From: Octopus vulgaris
Taxonomy: Eukaryota
DNA length: 64,000 nt
Direction of reading: 5' to 3'
NCBI GenBank assembly: GCA_951406725.2
Contig: OX597824.1
Span: 72,354,001-72,418,000, forward strand
Shown here: piece after piece, positions 40,304 to 54,170 of the stretch
Numbering within the stretch: position 1 is the stretch's first letter
Layout: every line of letters begins with the position of its first letter
The notes under the pieces: generated by a model
Told to the model about the DNA's origin: nothing
Seen by the model: the letters and a program-made list of their open reading frames with translations, nothing else
Databases searched by the model: none
Position numbers and translations under genes: made by a program

Positions 40304-41022
40304 CAGAAGTTGCCACCTCCGACTTTGTTTCCTCGTAACTTCCAGAAAAATGGATATTTTTGTTAATGAAATGCTCCACAAATACACTTCAGTTGGTGTT
40401 GATTCCAATTATATTGGAATTTGTTGTGGGAAAAAAAAAACCAAAAACAAAAAAGAAAATCCCATGGAGTGGGGAGAGGAGTTTCAGAAAATTCGTATGA
40501 GTCGGCTTTGTTTCCTAGTAACTTTCAGAAAAATGGGTTTTTATATGAAATTTTCTACAAATACCTTTCAGAATGTGCAAATTACAATTATGCTGGAATT
40601 TGGTATGACGACAAAAATGCACGCACACACATATTGACACATTCCAATTTTTTTTTTAGAAATTTCAAGTTTCATTTTCTAGATATATGTTATGTATGTT
40701 AGTGTGTATGTGTACGAGGCCACCAATTTTTCCCTTTCATATTAAATTCCGATATAATTCTTATCTATACAATCTGAAAGGTATTTATAGTAAATTTCAT
40801 CGAATAAAATCCATTTTTCTGAAAGTTTTTAGGAAACAAAACCAACTCGTGTAAATTTTCCCAAACACCTTTCCTCGGCCATGGAAATTGTTTTAATAAT
40901 AAATTCCGATATAATTGGAATCTGTATGATCTGAAGGGTATTTGTTGAAAATTTCATCAGAAAATATCCATTTTTCTGGAAGTTATGAGGAAACAAAGTC
41001 GATGGGGGAGGGCACACTTCTG
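40304..41022. mobile_element. Tc1/mariner-type MITE with duplicated subterminal repeats
   Basis: TA|CAGAAGT...ACTTCTG|TA ends. Two ~105-bp units on the left (40320, 40500) are mirrored by two on the right (40744, 40901). Confidence 0.75.
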
Positions 41023-41030
41023 TAGGTATG

Positions 41031-41075
<45 letters not shown>

Positions 41076-41339
41076 TCATACATGCATGCATACACACACA
41101 CACATATATATATACACACACACACACATATATACACAGATTTGTTTACAAATTAAAAGGAAGAACTCTCATATAGTATAGAATTTATATTTATTGGAGA
41201 GAGAGAAAGAGAGTCTGAGAGTGTGAACATTCCACTAGTTTCCTAATTAAACCGATAACAGTTTTGTCACGAGCCAAAGAGAGTGTCTCTATGCGGTCGC
41301 TCGACCTGGTAGAAATGACAGTGAAATCTCCTTCGTAGG

Positions 41340-41933
41340 ATAACGATCACAAGACACACTAAATAAAAGACGCGATTGTCACGGCTGGCACAACATGCCT
41401 TGGGGTCACAGGTCTCCCTGGATCATCAGGGGTTGAGTCGAGTTGAGTTGAGTTGGATGCCGAATACCAAGAACTATTCCTGGCATTCTTCTTCCTGTTT
41501 CCCCCACCGCCCTCACCACCACCACCACCACCACCACCACTACCACCACCACCGCCATCACTACCATCGCTGCTGCTCGAACTTGACTGTATCGATGCCT
41601 TTTCAAGCAGCGAGACGACTCGCTCACGAGACACACCGAACGAACACAAGACTTGCCTTGCCTCTGTATCCGTGTGCTTGGTTGTTTGTCTGTGTCTGTC
41701 TGTCTGTGGTGTAATGCCGTTGTGTCAGACACAGCAAAGCGGCATCATTGCATGCACCTTGCCGATGTCGGCATCATTCTTTCTTCCTTCCTTCCTTCCT
41801 TCTCATTCCACTGTTATTCGCCAGCTTCCTCTTGTAAAAATATACGTGTCCCTTATTCCCCGCCCCCACCCCACCCCTCTTCGATCGCTTTGAAAGGCTT
41901 TCTTTCCAGTAGTAGACGCCATTACGACTTTTG
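41340..41933. promoter_or_regulatory. CpG-rich island with (CCA)n, possible alternative or bidirectional promoter and first exon
   Basis: High GC and CpG relative to the flanks, with a donor-like tg|gtgagg at 41933/4. Confidence 0.35.
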
Positions 41934-42141
41934 GTGAGGATTACGTTACATTACGTTGTGTATGTAGCGTGTAAGTCTATAACAGAAACCCCATGATTCG
42001 ATTACAGCCATAAAACCATCCCTTCCTTTTCACCCCCCCTCTTTTCTCTCTCTCCACAATCTGTCACTCCAATTTATTAATTATTGTCCATGTGGTATCA
42101 TTATTATTATTATTATTTCGACGTGGTATTTCCTTCTCTCT

Positions 42142-42190
<49 letters not shown>

Positions 42191-42749
42191 TAAATCTAAA
42201 CCTATTAAAATAAATAATGATCCTCTATATTGAGGGATTAGCCTGTTAATTATATGCACACGTGTGTATGTAGACATTTGCACATGTGTGTGCAAATATA
42301 TTTTTCATTATCTATCTATCTATCTATCTATCTATACACAGACACACACACACACAAATTAGTATGCAAATTGTGTGTGTATTGTACTTACATATTGGTT
42401 GTTTTGTGAAAGTGCGCCCCAATATCCGATTGGTCGAGAAATAGGTTCCCTATATCTCTTGCTGCATGAGTCAGCCCCATCAATTATAGTTGTCTTCTCT
42501 GTGTCTACCTCTTTTCTTCTCTCTTCTCTTCTCCCTGAGAGTATTACAACCCATACGCACATATATCCATACGTAGATGTGTGTGTTTGTATGTATGCAC
42601 GTTATGTTTCCTAAAGAAAATGCAAATGAAGATGCAACAAGTGTATTTTTGTACAAAGGGGGTTCATACATGCACCAATCTGATTCATACTGAACCATTA
42701 AATATATATGCAATGTGTGTGTGTATATATAAACCTATGTTTATATATA

Positions 42750-42802
42750 AATGTATGCATATATATGTATATATATATGTATGCTGTATTTAGATATATG
42801 TA

Positions 42803-42853
<51 letters not shown>

Positions 42854-43005
42854 TATATAAACTTAAGTTTGTATATAAATGTGTGTATTTTTATCTATAT
42901 GTATATATATATGTATATCTGCATATATATATATATATCTATATGTATGTGTCTATATGTGTATATATCTATATATATTTATGTATATCTATCTATCTAT
43001 CTATC

Positions 43006-43036
<31 letters not shown>

Positions 43037-43191
43037 ATTTTTATCTATATGTATATATATTGTATATGTATATCTGCATGTATATATATATATATCTATA
43101 TGTGTGTGTGTATCTATATATATGTATATATACATGTATATATATATATGTGTGTGTGTGTTTTTTTGTGTGTGTGTGTTCTATCTATCTA

Positions 43192-43274
<83 letters not shown>

Positions 43275-43510
43275 ATCTATATATATGTATATATACATGT
43301 ATATATATATATATATGTGTGTGTGTATCTATATATATGTATATATACATGTATATATATATATATATGTGTGTGTGTATCTATATATATGTATATATAC
43401 ATGTATATATATATATATATGTGTGTGTGTATCTATATATATGTATATATACATGTATATATATATATATATATGTGTATATATATATATATATATATGC
43501 ATATACATAC
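42750..43510. repeat. (TA)/(TG) compound microsatellite with a ~52-bp higher-order unit
   Basis: gtgtgtgtatctatatatatgtatatatacatgtatata recurs about five times between 43100 and 43480. Confidence 0.92.
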
Positions 43511-43961
43511 ATGCATTAATGTTAATAATAAAGGTTACTACGAAGTTGCATTGCATTACCTTTAATTCTTTAATTTATATACTGCCTTACATAGACCAAC
43601 ACATGTTTCAGTTGCACCACTTAGTAACCGTTGAAATTGCAACCCTTCTATAAAATTGCTGCAGTTTCTTCAGGGTTTTATTTGATATCCTTCGATTTTG
43701 TCGAGGGAAAGTTCATCACTTGGTGAATAATGCTTTGCTTAATCCTTACTAATTCAAATAATTAAAATGGAAAACTTTCAAAATGCACTTCTTTTTCTGT
43801 TCATCACACGCACACATACACTCAGATAGTGACATACATATGCATTGATATCTATATAGTTATATGCTTTCCATACATGCACACATACATATACGGGTAC
43901 TACTCTGGCATGGCTGTATATATGATGGCTAAAATAAACTTAAGAACATGCATATCTATAA

Positions 43962-44022
<61 letters not shown>

Positions 44023-44743
44023 CATACATAGATATATTTATATACACACATACACTGTCTCTGTTCACACTAATATATGAGCACATGCATCTGTATACAT
44101 ATACTTGCATTTATAGACCAATGTATGCACAAACCCTACATACACAGTTGCAGGGTAGTTTTTTTATAGTCTGATTCTTTGAAGGAAAGTACTCAATTTT
44201 CAGATTGTAGCATATATTCATATTTCAGAGTTCAAAACTTTACTGTTTCTTGCTACAAGCATTCTCATTCATTTCTTTTAGAGGGAAACTCTTGGGTACT
44301 CTTTAAAATTATGTATGTACGTGTGTACATACTTACATATTTGTCTTTCAGTGTGTGTATGCTTTTCTGTGTATGAATAAGTGTGGTTTAACTCTGCCAG
44401 TTGCTTTCTTCTCAGGGCACATGGAGTCATTGCATTTCGAGAACAATATATTTCTTTGTATATCTGTATGTATGTATGTATGTATATATATATATATATA
44501 TACACATCATATAGCTCCTGTTATATAACATGCATGTATATATACACATATGCACATGCATGCAAAAATCTTAGAATAAAATCTGATATATATTCATCCA
44601 AGCATAGATATACTTTTGCACACACACATGTACATACATACATATTTTCAAGTAATCTATGTACTTATTCATATGCAGTTATCATATTCAATCCTTGGAG
44701 AAATTATTCTAAAGATATATATACATACATACATATGTATATA

Positions 44744-44835
<92 letters not shown>

Positions 44836-45419
44836 CACACACATATATGAATGAATTCCTGAATTCCAATAGATATTGGGTTGCTAATGCACCTCTGAAG
44901 ACTTTGATTTGCACTAGATACACTGCATAAAATCAGTCAGGTGGAACATATCATTTTCTAACGTATACCCCTTTGAGGATATAACACAGCACTGCAAACT
45001 AATGAAACATCATTTTATACAGTATTCCTGCTGCTAACAGCCGCGAAAATATATCCCATTTTTGTACTTAATTATATACTTGTAAATACAAACTAGCAAG
45101 TTGATATGGTTTAAGATAGATGACTAGCTCATAAATCTTGAGTGAGTTCATATCTTATTGAAGGTATTTTGTTGTGAATTGAGGTAGGGGTTGTAGAGTC
45201 AGAAGCAATTACTGTATGTCACTTGAGACAAATTCAGTAAAAATATATTGACGTTGACTGTGGACTAGATGTAAATTGTAATATAATACACTAAAATTTC
45301 CAATTTCACAGATACTAAGCTGTTTCCTGTACTGAATTATCAAATTACTTTTAAGGGCTTCTAATGAAGCAAGATCTGGTAAAAACAATTTTGTATCTTG
45401 AGAACAAGCTTTTATCTTC

Positions 45420-45790
45420 AATCTTTTACTTGTTTCAGTCTTTAGGTTGTGGCCATGCTGGGGCAATGTCCTTGAAGGGTTTTAATGAAACAAATCGATT
45501 CCAGTATTTATTTTTGTAAAGCCTGGTACTTATTTATCATCTGATTTGCTGAATTACTAAGTCACTGGGATGTAAACAAACTAACACCAGTTGTCAAGTG
45601 ATGGTAAGGGACAAGTATAAAGACACACACAGACATACACAACAGGCTTCTTACAGTTTCTGACTACTAAATCCACTTGGCTTTGATTAATCCAGGGCTG
45701 TAATAAAAGACACTTGGCCAAGGTGCCACACATTGGGTTGGAACCCTAAGCCATATGGTTTGGAAGCAAACTGCTTCTCACACAGTCATT
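45420..45790 (-). mobile_element. Older CORE-type SINE
   Basis: Diverged copy of the 36175-36570 family. Further fragments lie near 18420, 27560, 28265, 47545 and 56340. Confidence 0.72.
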
Positions 45791-45942
45791 TCTTCCAGAG
45801 ATAGAATGTTTCTTTGATAGATTTTATAGAGGTAGAGGGATCAATCTTTTGCAGTATAATTTATATTTCATGTTGCATTAAATTTTATAACCAACAGTTT
45901 TAATTACAATAGAATGTTAATCAAACCCATGCCAGTATGAAA

Positions 45943-46150
45943 TCATCATCATCATCATCATTTAACGTCCGTTCTCCATGCTAGCATGGGTTGGACGGTT
46001 CAATTGGGGTCTGGAAAGCCAGGAGGCTGCACCAGGCTCCAGTTTGATCTGGCAGTGTTTCTACAGCTGGATGCCCTTCCTAACGCCAACCACTCCGTGA
46101 GTGTAGTGGGTGCTTTTTACGTGCCACCGCACAGGGGCCAGAGGAGGCTG
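45943..46150 (-). mobile_element. (GAT)n-tailed RTE-related short retroelement
   Basis: Same family as 2562-2820. Confidence 0.75.
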
Positions 46151-48434
46151 GCAAACGGCCACAATCAAGTTGGTGCTTTTTGTGGATGTTAAATATTGAT
46201 GAGGATGATGAAAAGAAGGGTTATATATCTTATTGAGTTTATTTCTTTCAAAATGGTCATTTGTTAAATTGCTTTGGGTGTCCAGTCTCTTTTTTATCTT
46301 TGCAATCAATCAGAACTGGTAATGAAAGATGTTCCTGATTCTATTGTTGTATTTGTATAGTTTATTTTGTTTTACATGTTGCTTAATTGTTGGTAACTTC
46401 TTTAATAAACAAGAAGTTGGAGCTGGGAGTTGTGTGTCCATCAAATCTTGATGGAGCTATAGGGATGTTGTTGTAACATAACGGTGTGTTTCCAGCATTT
46501 AAAAATGTGGTGGGCCACATATCTCGCCAGGACTTAACACAGCTGATTTCTTCCAAAGAGAAAGTGTATGAATGAGAGAGAGTGGGGGAGGGAGGGAGGG
46601 AAAGAGAAAGCAAGAGAAATTAACTCCTATGTTTGACTGGTACTTTATTGATCCTAAACGAATAAAAAGCTAAGTTGACTTCAGTAGCTCAAAGCACAGA
46701 GAGGAGCTGGGCTGTATACCACAAAGCTTGCATTCTAACTGGCTCTCTAATGACTCGGCCAATTGATCTACTTGTAAGTGAGAGTTGGTGGTACTATGAA
46801 ATGATGAGTCAGAGTCACTTCTGTGTACTGACGCCACAGTCCTGTACCTGAGTAATATAGTTAATTCTACAACTTATTAGGAACAGGTATTGGATTATTT
46901 GGGAAAGTTATTTGGGTAAAACTGGGGCTCTGTTGCCAAAGTGATTTATCTTTCATCTACTTAACACTGAGATTGTAGCTAAGTAGTAAACCTTAAAAAA
47001 CACATTGATTTTGTTAGATTCTTTGTGATTGAGGATGCAGATATGAGGGTGTGTGTGTCATGTGATGCTTTGTCTTGCTTACTATAGTTGCAGGGATAAA
47101 TGAAAAGAAGAGTCTGCAAAGGTCATGGACACTGCTCCCACTTTGTCTTTTGGCTATGTATAAGAACAAAATAATAAGGTTTAGAGGTTTGGGATTTTGA
47201 ATAATACACTTCAATTCTACTGCACTATGTCTGTGTAGATGTTGGAAATAGGCATAAGACTATCATCACCATCATCCTTGTTTTAATGTCCACTTTTCCA
47301 TGCTCATATGGGTTGGACAGAATTCATTGTGACTGATTTTCAATGGCCGGATGTCCTTCCTGTTGGCAATACCCCTGTGCTTCCAAGTAAGGTAATATTT
47401 CCTCATGGCCAGACATGCTTTTTTTTTTTTTTACAAAAGATTGGAAAGGAAATGAAAGACACCCCTTGTATGATGGTGATGCTCATTTACAACTAGCAAG
47501 CAGTGTCAAAACAAGAAGACAGTAACAAAGAACACACAAATCCATCCACAAGGTTTTGATTAGCCTGGGGCTATAGAAAAAGACATTTAATCTAAGGTGC
47601 CATGCAGATGAGTTGAACCCATGACTATGTTGTTGGGATGTACACCTCTCAACCACACAGCCATGTCTATCTGGGAATATTTTCTGATATAGACTAGCAT
47701 CTTATCCACTTGCTATAAATGAAGCACTACTCCTTAAAAGCTCCTCATGTCTTATGAATAATTTCTATTTAGATGTGGGTAGTCTGAACCAACTTGAATC
47801 TACATGTCTTAACCATGGATTCGGCTTCTGATAAATGCTACAGGTATACAGGTACACATGCAGGAAATGCTTAAGCTGAGTGGAGAACACACCTGTCTAA
47901 GGCTGGTAGATTTCCCAGAAGATGTGATGTGTATTCTTCGCAGCTGGTTGAACTGAGTCCTATAACAACCCTTTTAATTATTAATCCTTTGTTAATAATT
48001 TCTTCATGCTTCAAGTATAATGCTCTTATAGAAAGAAAGGACAAAATGGAAAGCTTCACAATTCTTTGTTAGAATGCTGTTATTGTTTGCAAGCAATTAT
48101 AACATCTGGTTGTTGTAGCTTTATTGGTTATGCTTTTAAACTTAGTTATATATATATATTTGTTTGTTTTTTGCTGCATATTAGTACTTTAGGCATTATT
48201 GGGTTAAACTAAGGTTTCTTACAAATCTGTGGTATTTTGCTTTAGTAAATAATATGATTCACTTTGGCTTTGTATGTGCTTTCTGTTAATATATAAAATA
48301 TACAATTAATGTCCTTGGAAGTAGGAATCAAAATTAGTGGTACTTTAAATTAATGACTCAGTCAGAGTTGGAGTTGGTGTTGTGTACTGACTCTAAAACC
48401 TTGTTGCCCAAATCAGACTCTCACATCCAACAAT

Positions 48435-48795
48435 TTATTACCTCTGCCTTAGCGACAGTGGAGGTATTGTTTTTAGTCATGTTTGTTTGTTTGTCTGTGG
48501 ACAAGATATCTCAAGGACCGATGGATGGTTTCAGATGAAACTTTCAGGGATGTTTTGCTCGTGACTGGCACGAACTGATTAAATTTTGCCATACTAGACA
48601 AGGATTCTGGATTATTTTTCCTTTTTTTTTTTACTTTATTTTTGAGAGTGGTCAGGTTCATTTTTAGTATTCTTGTTTGTGAAAGCAGTTGAGTTTATTT
48701 CAGATATTCTCATTTTAAAAATCATCTCCAGCTAATCGTTGAGAGGACGTTGGTTTCGCCTTGGCGGAGGTTTGCACTCTCTGAGTGCTCTTGTT
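48435..48795 (+). mobile_element. Helentron-associated non-autonomous element (HINE/DINE-1-like)
   Basis: Subterminal inverted repeats acctctgcc / ggcggaggt, (GTTT) microsatellite, 3' palindrome gcactc-tct-gagtgc and T-rich flanks. Confidence 0.72.
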
Positions 48796-49061
48796 AACAT
48801 TCTGTTTTTAATTAATTAAAATTTTGGGGTTATCTCCCTTGCTTTATTTGACCAGAATTGATCTTTAAGATGAAGATTCTTTCTCCTCACCTCTATTGTA
48901 AAGTTAAATGAATAAAATGTTTTAGCTTGTTTCAATATGTTAGCATTGGTTTTACTAATTTGTTTCATGCCAAGCATGTCCATGGATACTTTTTCTACAG
49001 TTTGTCTATATAATAATAGCAATAATAATAATAATAATGATAATAATAATAATAATAATAA

Positions 49062-50973
49062 TCCTTTCTACTAAAGGTACAAGGCCTGAAATTTGGGGGA
49101 AGGGGACTAGTGAGGTACATCAACCCCAGTGTTTCACTGGTACTTTCTTAGCTTATCAACCCCAAAAGGATGAAAGGCAAAGTCAACCTCAGTGGAATTT
49201 GAATTCAGAATGTAGTGGCAAACGAAATACCACTAAGCATTTCGCCCAGTGTGCTAACAATTCTGCCAGCTCGCTGCCTAATAATAGTAATAATAATAAA
49301 AAGAATAAGAAAAATAATTTTTTTCTACTATAGGCACAAGGTCTGAAAAGTTTATGGTGGGAAGGGGCAAGTTGATTACGTCAACCCCTGTGCTCAATTG
49401 TCATTTATATTACTGATCCTGAAAGGGATGAAAGGTGAAAGTTGACTTTGGCAGTGTTTGAGCTCAGAACATAAAGCTGGAAGAAATGTCACTAAGCCTT
49501 TTTGTCTGATGTGCTAAAATTCTGCCAGCTTGCTACCTTAATAATAATAATAATTTTTTTTTTTACCTTCGGCACAAGGGTTGAAATTTTAAGGGATGGG
49601 GCAAGTTGTTTACATCACCACCTTCAGTGCACAACTGGTACATATTTTATTGACCCTGTGAAAGGATAAAAGGTAAAGTTGACCTTAGCAAAATTTAATT
49701 CTGGACTTAAAATCTAAAGGCAGAAGCCCAGCAATTTTAATGAGGGGGATAATCATTTATATTGATCCCAGTATTTTTATCAACTCCTGAAGGAATGAAA
49801 AGCAAAGCTGACCTCAGCAGGGTTTGAATTCAAAATGCAAAGATCCTGTTAGAAATACTGCTAAGTATTTTGTCTCACATTCTAAGAATTCTGCAGCTTG
49901 CTGCACTAATAATGATGATAATAATAATAATAATAATAATAATTCTTTCTACTATTGGCACAAGGCAAGAAATTTGGTAGCAGAGGAATAGTTGATACAT
50001 TGACCCTAGTGTTCAACTGGTACTTATTTTATTGACTCCAAAAGGACGAAAGGCAAAGTTGACCTTAGCTGAATTTGAAGTGAGAACATAAAACTGTAAG
50101 AAATTCTGCAATGCATTTTGTCTGGCATTCTAATGATTCTGCCATCTTGTTGCCTTAATTATAAGAATAAAAATAATAATCTTTTCAGCAATAGGCACAA
50201 GGCCTGAAATTTTGAGGTTGGGGTAGTTGTTTGCATCAACCCCACTGTTCAACTGGTACTTAATTTATTGACCCTGAAAGCATGAAAGGCAAAGTCACCC
50301 TCAGCAGCATTTGAACTCTTGATGAAATGTCACAAAGCATTTTCTTTTCTGTGTGTTAACAATTCTGCCTGCCCACCACTCTAATAACAACACAGTAAAA
50401 ATCTTTTCTACTCTAAGCACTAAGCCTGAAATTTTTGAGGAGAGAGCCAGTAAATTAGATCATCCCCAATATGCAACTGATACTTAATTTATTGACCCCA
50501 AAAGGATGAAAGGCAAAGTTGACCTTAGCAGAATTTGAACTCAGACAAACGAAATACCTATTTCTTTACTACCCACAAGGGTCTAAACACAGAGGACAAA
50601 CAAGGACAGACAAACGGATTAAGTCGATTATATCGACCCCAGTGCGTAACTGGTACTTATTTAATCGACCCTGAAAGGATGAAAGGCAAAGTCGTCCTCA
50701 GCGGAATTTGAACTCAGAATGTAGCAGCAGACGAAATACCTATTTCTTTATTACCCACAAGGGGCTAAACATAGAGAGGACAAACAAGGACAGACATAGG
50801 TATTAAGTCGATTACATCGACCCCAGTGCATAACTGGTACTTATTTAATTGACCCCGAAAGGATGAAAGGCAAAGTCGACTTCAGCAGAATTTGAACTCA
50901 GAACGTAGCGGCAGACGAAATACCGCTAGGCATTTTGCCTGGCGTGCTAATGTTTCTGCCAGCTCGCTGCCTT
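49062..50973 (-). mobile_element. Head-to-tail cluster of about nine Meta-like tRNA SINE units
   Basis: Recurrent cacaaggcctgaaattt...aactggtactt...aggatgaaaggcaaagt...tttgaactcag units, mostly separated by (AAT)n. Confidence 0.88.
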
Positions 50974-51384
50974 ACAACACAGTAAAAAGGTGTGACTGCC
51001 AGTTCTCTGCAACATTGACAAGAAGTTCTCAGGATTTATTTATTCTCTCTAACAAAACATTGAAGATATAGACTTATGCAGCTGTTTAACTGCTTCACAT
51101 TAGAAAGGTCTGTTGTAAAGCTGTTGTCGTTATTGTTGTTTGTTCAAACTAGCTGTACTCACTGCTTTCACCAAATTACATAGGAAATCATGTTTTTCTT
51201 AGTTTCATAATTTTATTCTGTTTATTGTTTATTTTGAAAATATAAATAATGTTTAACACCTGTAGTAATATGAACCAAGGTAATAAAACTATTAGCAGTA
51301 AACTCCACAGATTTTTTTTATTTCCCCACATTTCTTGATCTAAGTCATGAAGATAAGTAAATTTTATAATATGCGTGAATTCTT

Positions 51385-51845
51385 TGAGCTGGCAGAATCA
51401 TTAGCACGCCTGGCAAAATGCTCAGTAGGACAGGCAAAATGCTCAGTAGCATTTTGCCTGTCCTTACATTCTGAGTTCAAATTCTACTAAGGTCAAGTTT
51501 GCCTTTCATCCTTTTTTGGGTCAAAACAATAAGTACTAGCTAAACACTGGGGTCGATGTAATTGACTTAATTTGTGTCCCTAGATTGCTAGCTTTTTGCC
51601 AAAATTTGAAACTAATAAATGTGTGAATGTAGGCAATGATCTAGCAGAATTGTTTACACTCCAGGCAAAATATTAGCGGTATTTCATGCATCTTTACATT
51701 CTCACTTTGAATTCTGCTGAAGCCAACTTTGTATTTCATCCTTTCAGGGTTGATAAAACAAGTACCAGTTGGGCACTGGGGTTGTTGTTATTGATTTACC
51801 CCCTCCCTTGAAATTACTGGTGTTGAGCTAAAATTTGAAACCAGT
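51385..51845 (+). mobile_element. Two Meta-like SINE copies
   Basis: gagctggcagaatcattagc...gagttcaaattc...gcctttcatcc. Confidence 0.8.
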
Positions 51846-52239
51846 ATATGTGTGAATCATTTCCATTTTTATGGCAGAGGTTCACCAGTGATTTGATGAA
51901 ATAATACTTTATAAAAATCTTCAATAAAGAAGTTTTCATTTTTTTAACCTCAATAGAAAATGAAAACAATTTATATAAATTATATTCCTCATGTTTAATT
52001 TTCTTTGAATTTATCCTTCAAAGAATTTTGAATAAAAAATTTAATAATCATACTATGCAGGTCTATATCAAATACAAAAAGTTTTTGTTGATACTTTTAT
52101 TAACCCTTTAGATACCAACCTTATTGGGAATGTCCTAGTCCTAAAATACAAACTTCCTGTTTTAAAGTGGTCTAAACTAAAAACTCCTAACAAAATTGCA
52201 TGCCAATTTATGTCCCAAACACCAACTTGGCACTGTCTG

Positions 52240-52545
52240 TAATGACGGCGAGGGTTGCAGTTAATCTGATCAATAGAACAGTTTGCTTGTGAAATTAACA
52301 TACAAGTGGTTGAGCACTCCACAGACATGTGTATGCTTTAAGATAGTTTATCAGGAGATTCAGCGTGACACAGAATGTGCCAAGGCTGGTCCTTTGAAAT
52401 ACAGATACAACTCATTTTTGCTAGCTGAGTGAACTGGAGCAACATGAAATAAAGTGTCTTGCTCAACGACACAATGCACTGCTGGGGATTGAACTCATGA
52501 CCTTATATCTAATCAGATACCCTAACCACTAAGCCACACACATTC
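52240..52545 (-). mobile_element. tRNA SINE related to 3810-4162
   Basis: Shared tail gtggttgagcactccacagacatgtg...tttgaaatacag. Confidence 0.72.
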
Positions 52546-53171
52546 AAACACCAGCTTAACGACAAAATTATTTTACTGAATTCTTCATTATTTTTCTAAT
52601 TCGTTGAAACAAAGGCAGTGTGTTTCAATTGAAATATGGTAAAAAAAAGGGTTAGAAATCATTTTCAGCTTTCATTTTTGATGGCACAAAACATACAAGA
52701 AGTAACCCTTGTATATTTCTATGACTTTGTAGTATAATAAATAACCCTTATCAGGTGACTCATAGATTTTTTTTTTACACGCCTCCAATATATTTAGCGA
52801 TAAATAAATAAATAAAAAGTTGTAATCTGGCACCTTCTGTAGAAGGATATCATTTCTTTTATATTATTATTTTATTTAAAGAACGTATCTTGTTTCAAAA
52901 AGAAAAAAAACTCCCCAAAAACAAAACAGCTGACAGATTTCTGTTTATTTTTTATTTTTTGTCTTATTTTTTTTACACCAGTACATCCTTTCATCAGGCA
53001 TGTGTGTGTACATGCACGTGTGTGTGTTGATGTTTTGATATATTTAAATCCCCTCTTTCTTTCTCTCTCCACACACACACACAGGCTGATAGATTTCAGT
53101 TATGCATTAAACCAAACATACATAAAGAAGGAGATGTACTCCAAGTACCCTTATATGTGTATGAGTATATT

Positions 53172-53212
<41 letters not shown>

Positions 53213-53764
53213 CACAGTGTGTGCTGGGTTTAAATTTTTTTTTTTAAATGCTCTCATTTTTTCCTCTTTCTTTTTAGAAGGTATGTAATGGTGTTATGTG
53301 ATGTATTGGAGTATGTTGTTGCCTAATAAAATAGAAATGCTTTCAGGAGGCTAACTCCTGTTCTAAATATCCCTAATAGTTGTTCTGTGTAGTAGAAATA
53401 TACTTTGTGAAATACACCTGCTTGCCTCTTGACAGATACTTGACTTTCACCATACCTGTCAGTCGACCTTATTATGGAATAAGTACGCTAGGGAAATAGT
53501 TTGTCAGTTTCTTGGGTGGTCTTGTCAGGTTTTCAATATTCAAGGCCTGATTTTTTCATGTGGAAGAGTTACAGCTGTTGATGGCTGCTCTCCAAAGGGT
53601 TTGAGGTTTGTATTTCCAAGTAAACCTACAGTGTCTGCAAGCTGGTTATTATTAACCAAATAAACCGATGTGAGAGCTTCTATGTAGTTATTCACTGTAC
53701 TAGAAATAGCTGCCAAATTTCTTAAATTATACTTCTCCCGCGCTATTAAGCCACTGCTACATTA

Positions 53765-53979
53765 AAAGCATTCAGCTCACACTGTAGAATGGTTGGCATT
53801 AAGAAGGGCATCCAGCACGCACTGTAGAGTGGTTGGCAATAGGAAGGGCATCCAGCCATAGAAATTATACCAACACAAACTGGAACCTGTTGCGGCTCTC
53901 CTGCCTGCCAACTTTGGTCAAATGGTCCAACCCATGCTAGCATGGAAAACGAACTTTAAAGGATGATGATGATGATGAT
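53765..53979 (+). mobile_element. (GAT)n-tailed RTE-related short retroelement
   Basis: Duplicated ggttggca..agaagggcatccagc motif and tail ccaacccatgctagcatggaaaac...(gat)n. Confidence 0.72.
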
Positions 53980-54170
53980 ATACCCTACAATCTTGGAAAA
54001 TGACACATTAGATAATGTTGTACTGTAGGCCATTTTAACAGCATTATAGCACCATTTCTCATAAAAACCACTGAACAAAGGCCATTAATAACTATATATA
54101 ATGGTAGAAACCACAGCATAGGGGCTGTGAGGTCCCCAAGCAACAGCCTACTGTGTCCATGCTTTAAGAT

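Noticed and set aside
41453-41893. Proline-rich 146-aa ORF and the Gly-rich antisense ORF
   Set aside because: Driven by the (CCA)n repeat, with no recognisable domain.
119-44930. Numerous ORFs rich in YI, CV, HT or LSIY repeats, including 42751-43653 (300 aa) and 19536-20219
   Set aside because: They are translations of stop-free microsatellites.
49062-50973. Repeat-spacer-like periodicity suggestive of CRISPR
   Set aside because: Units are 180-300 bp diverged SINEs with no unique spacers or cas genes, in eukaryotic DNA.
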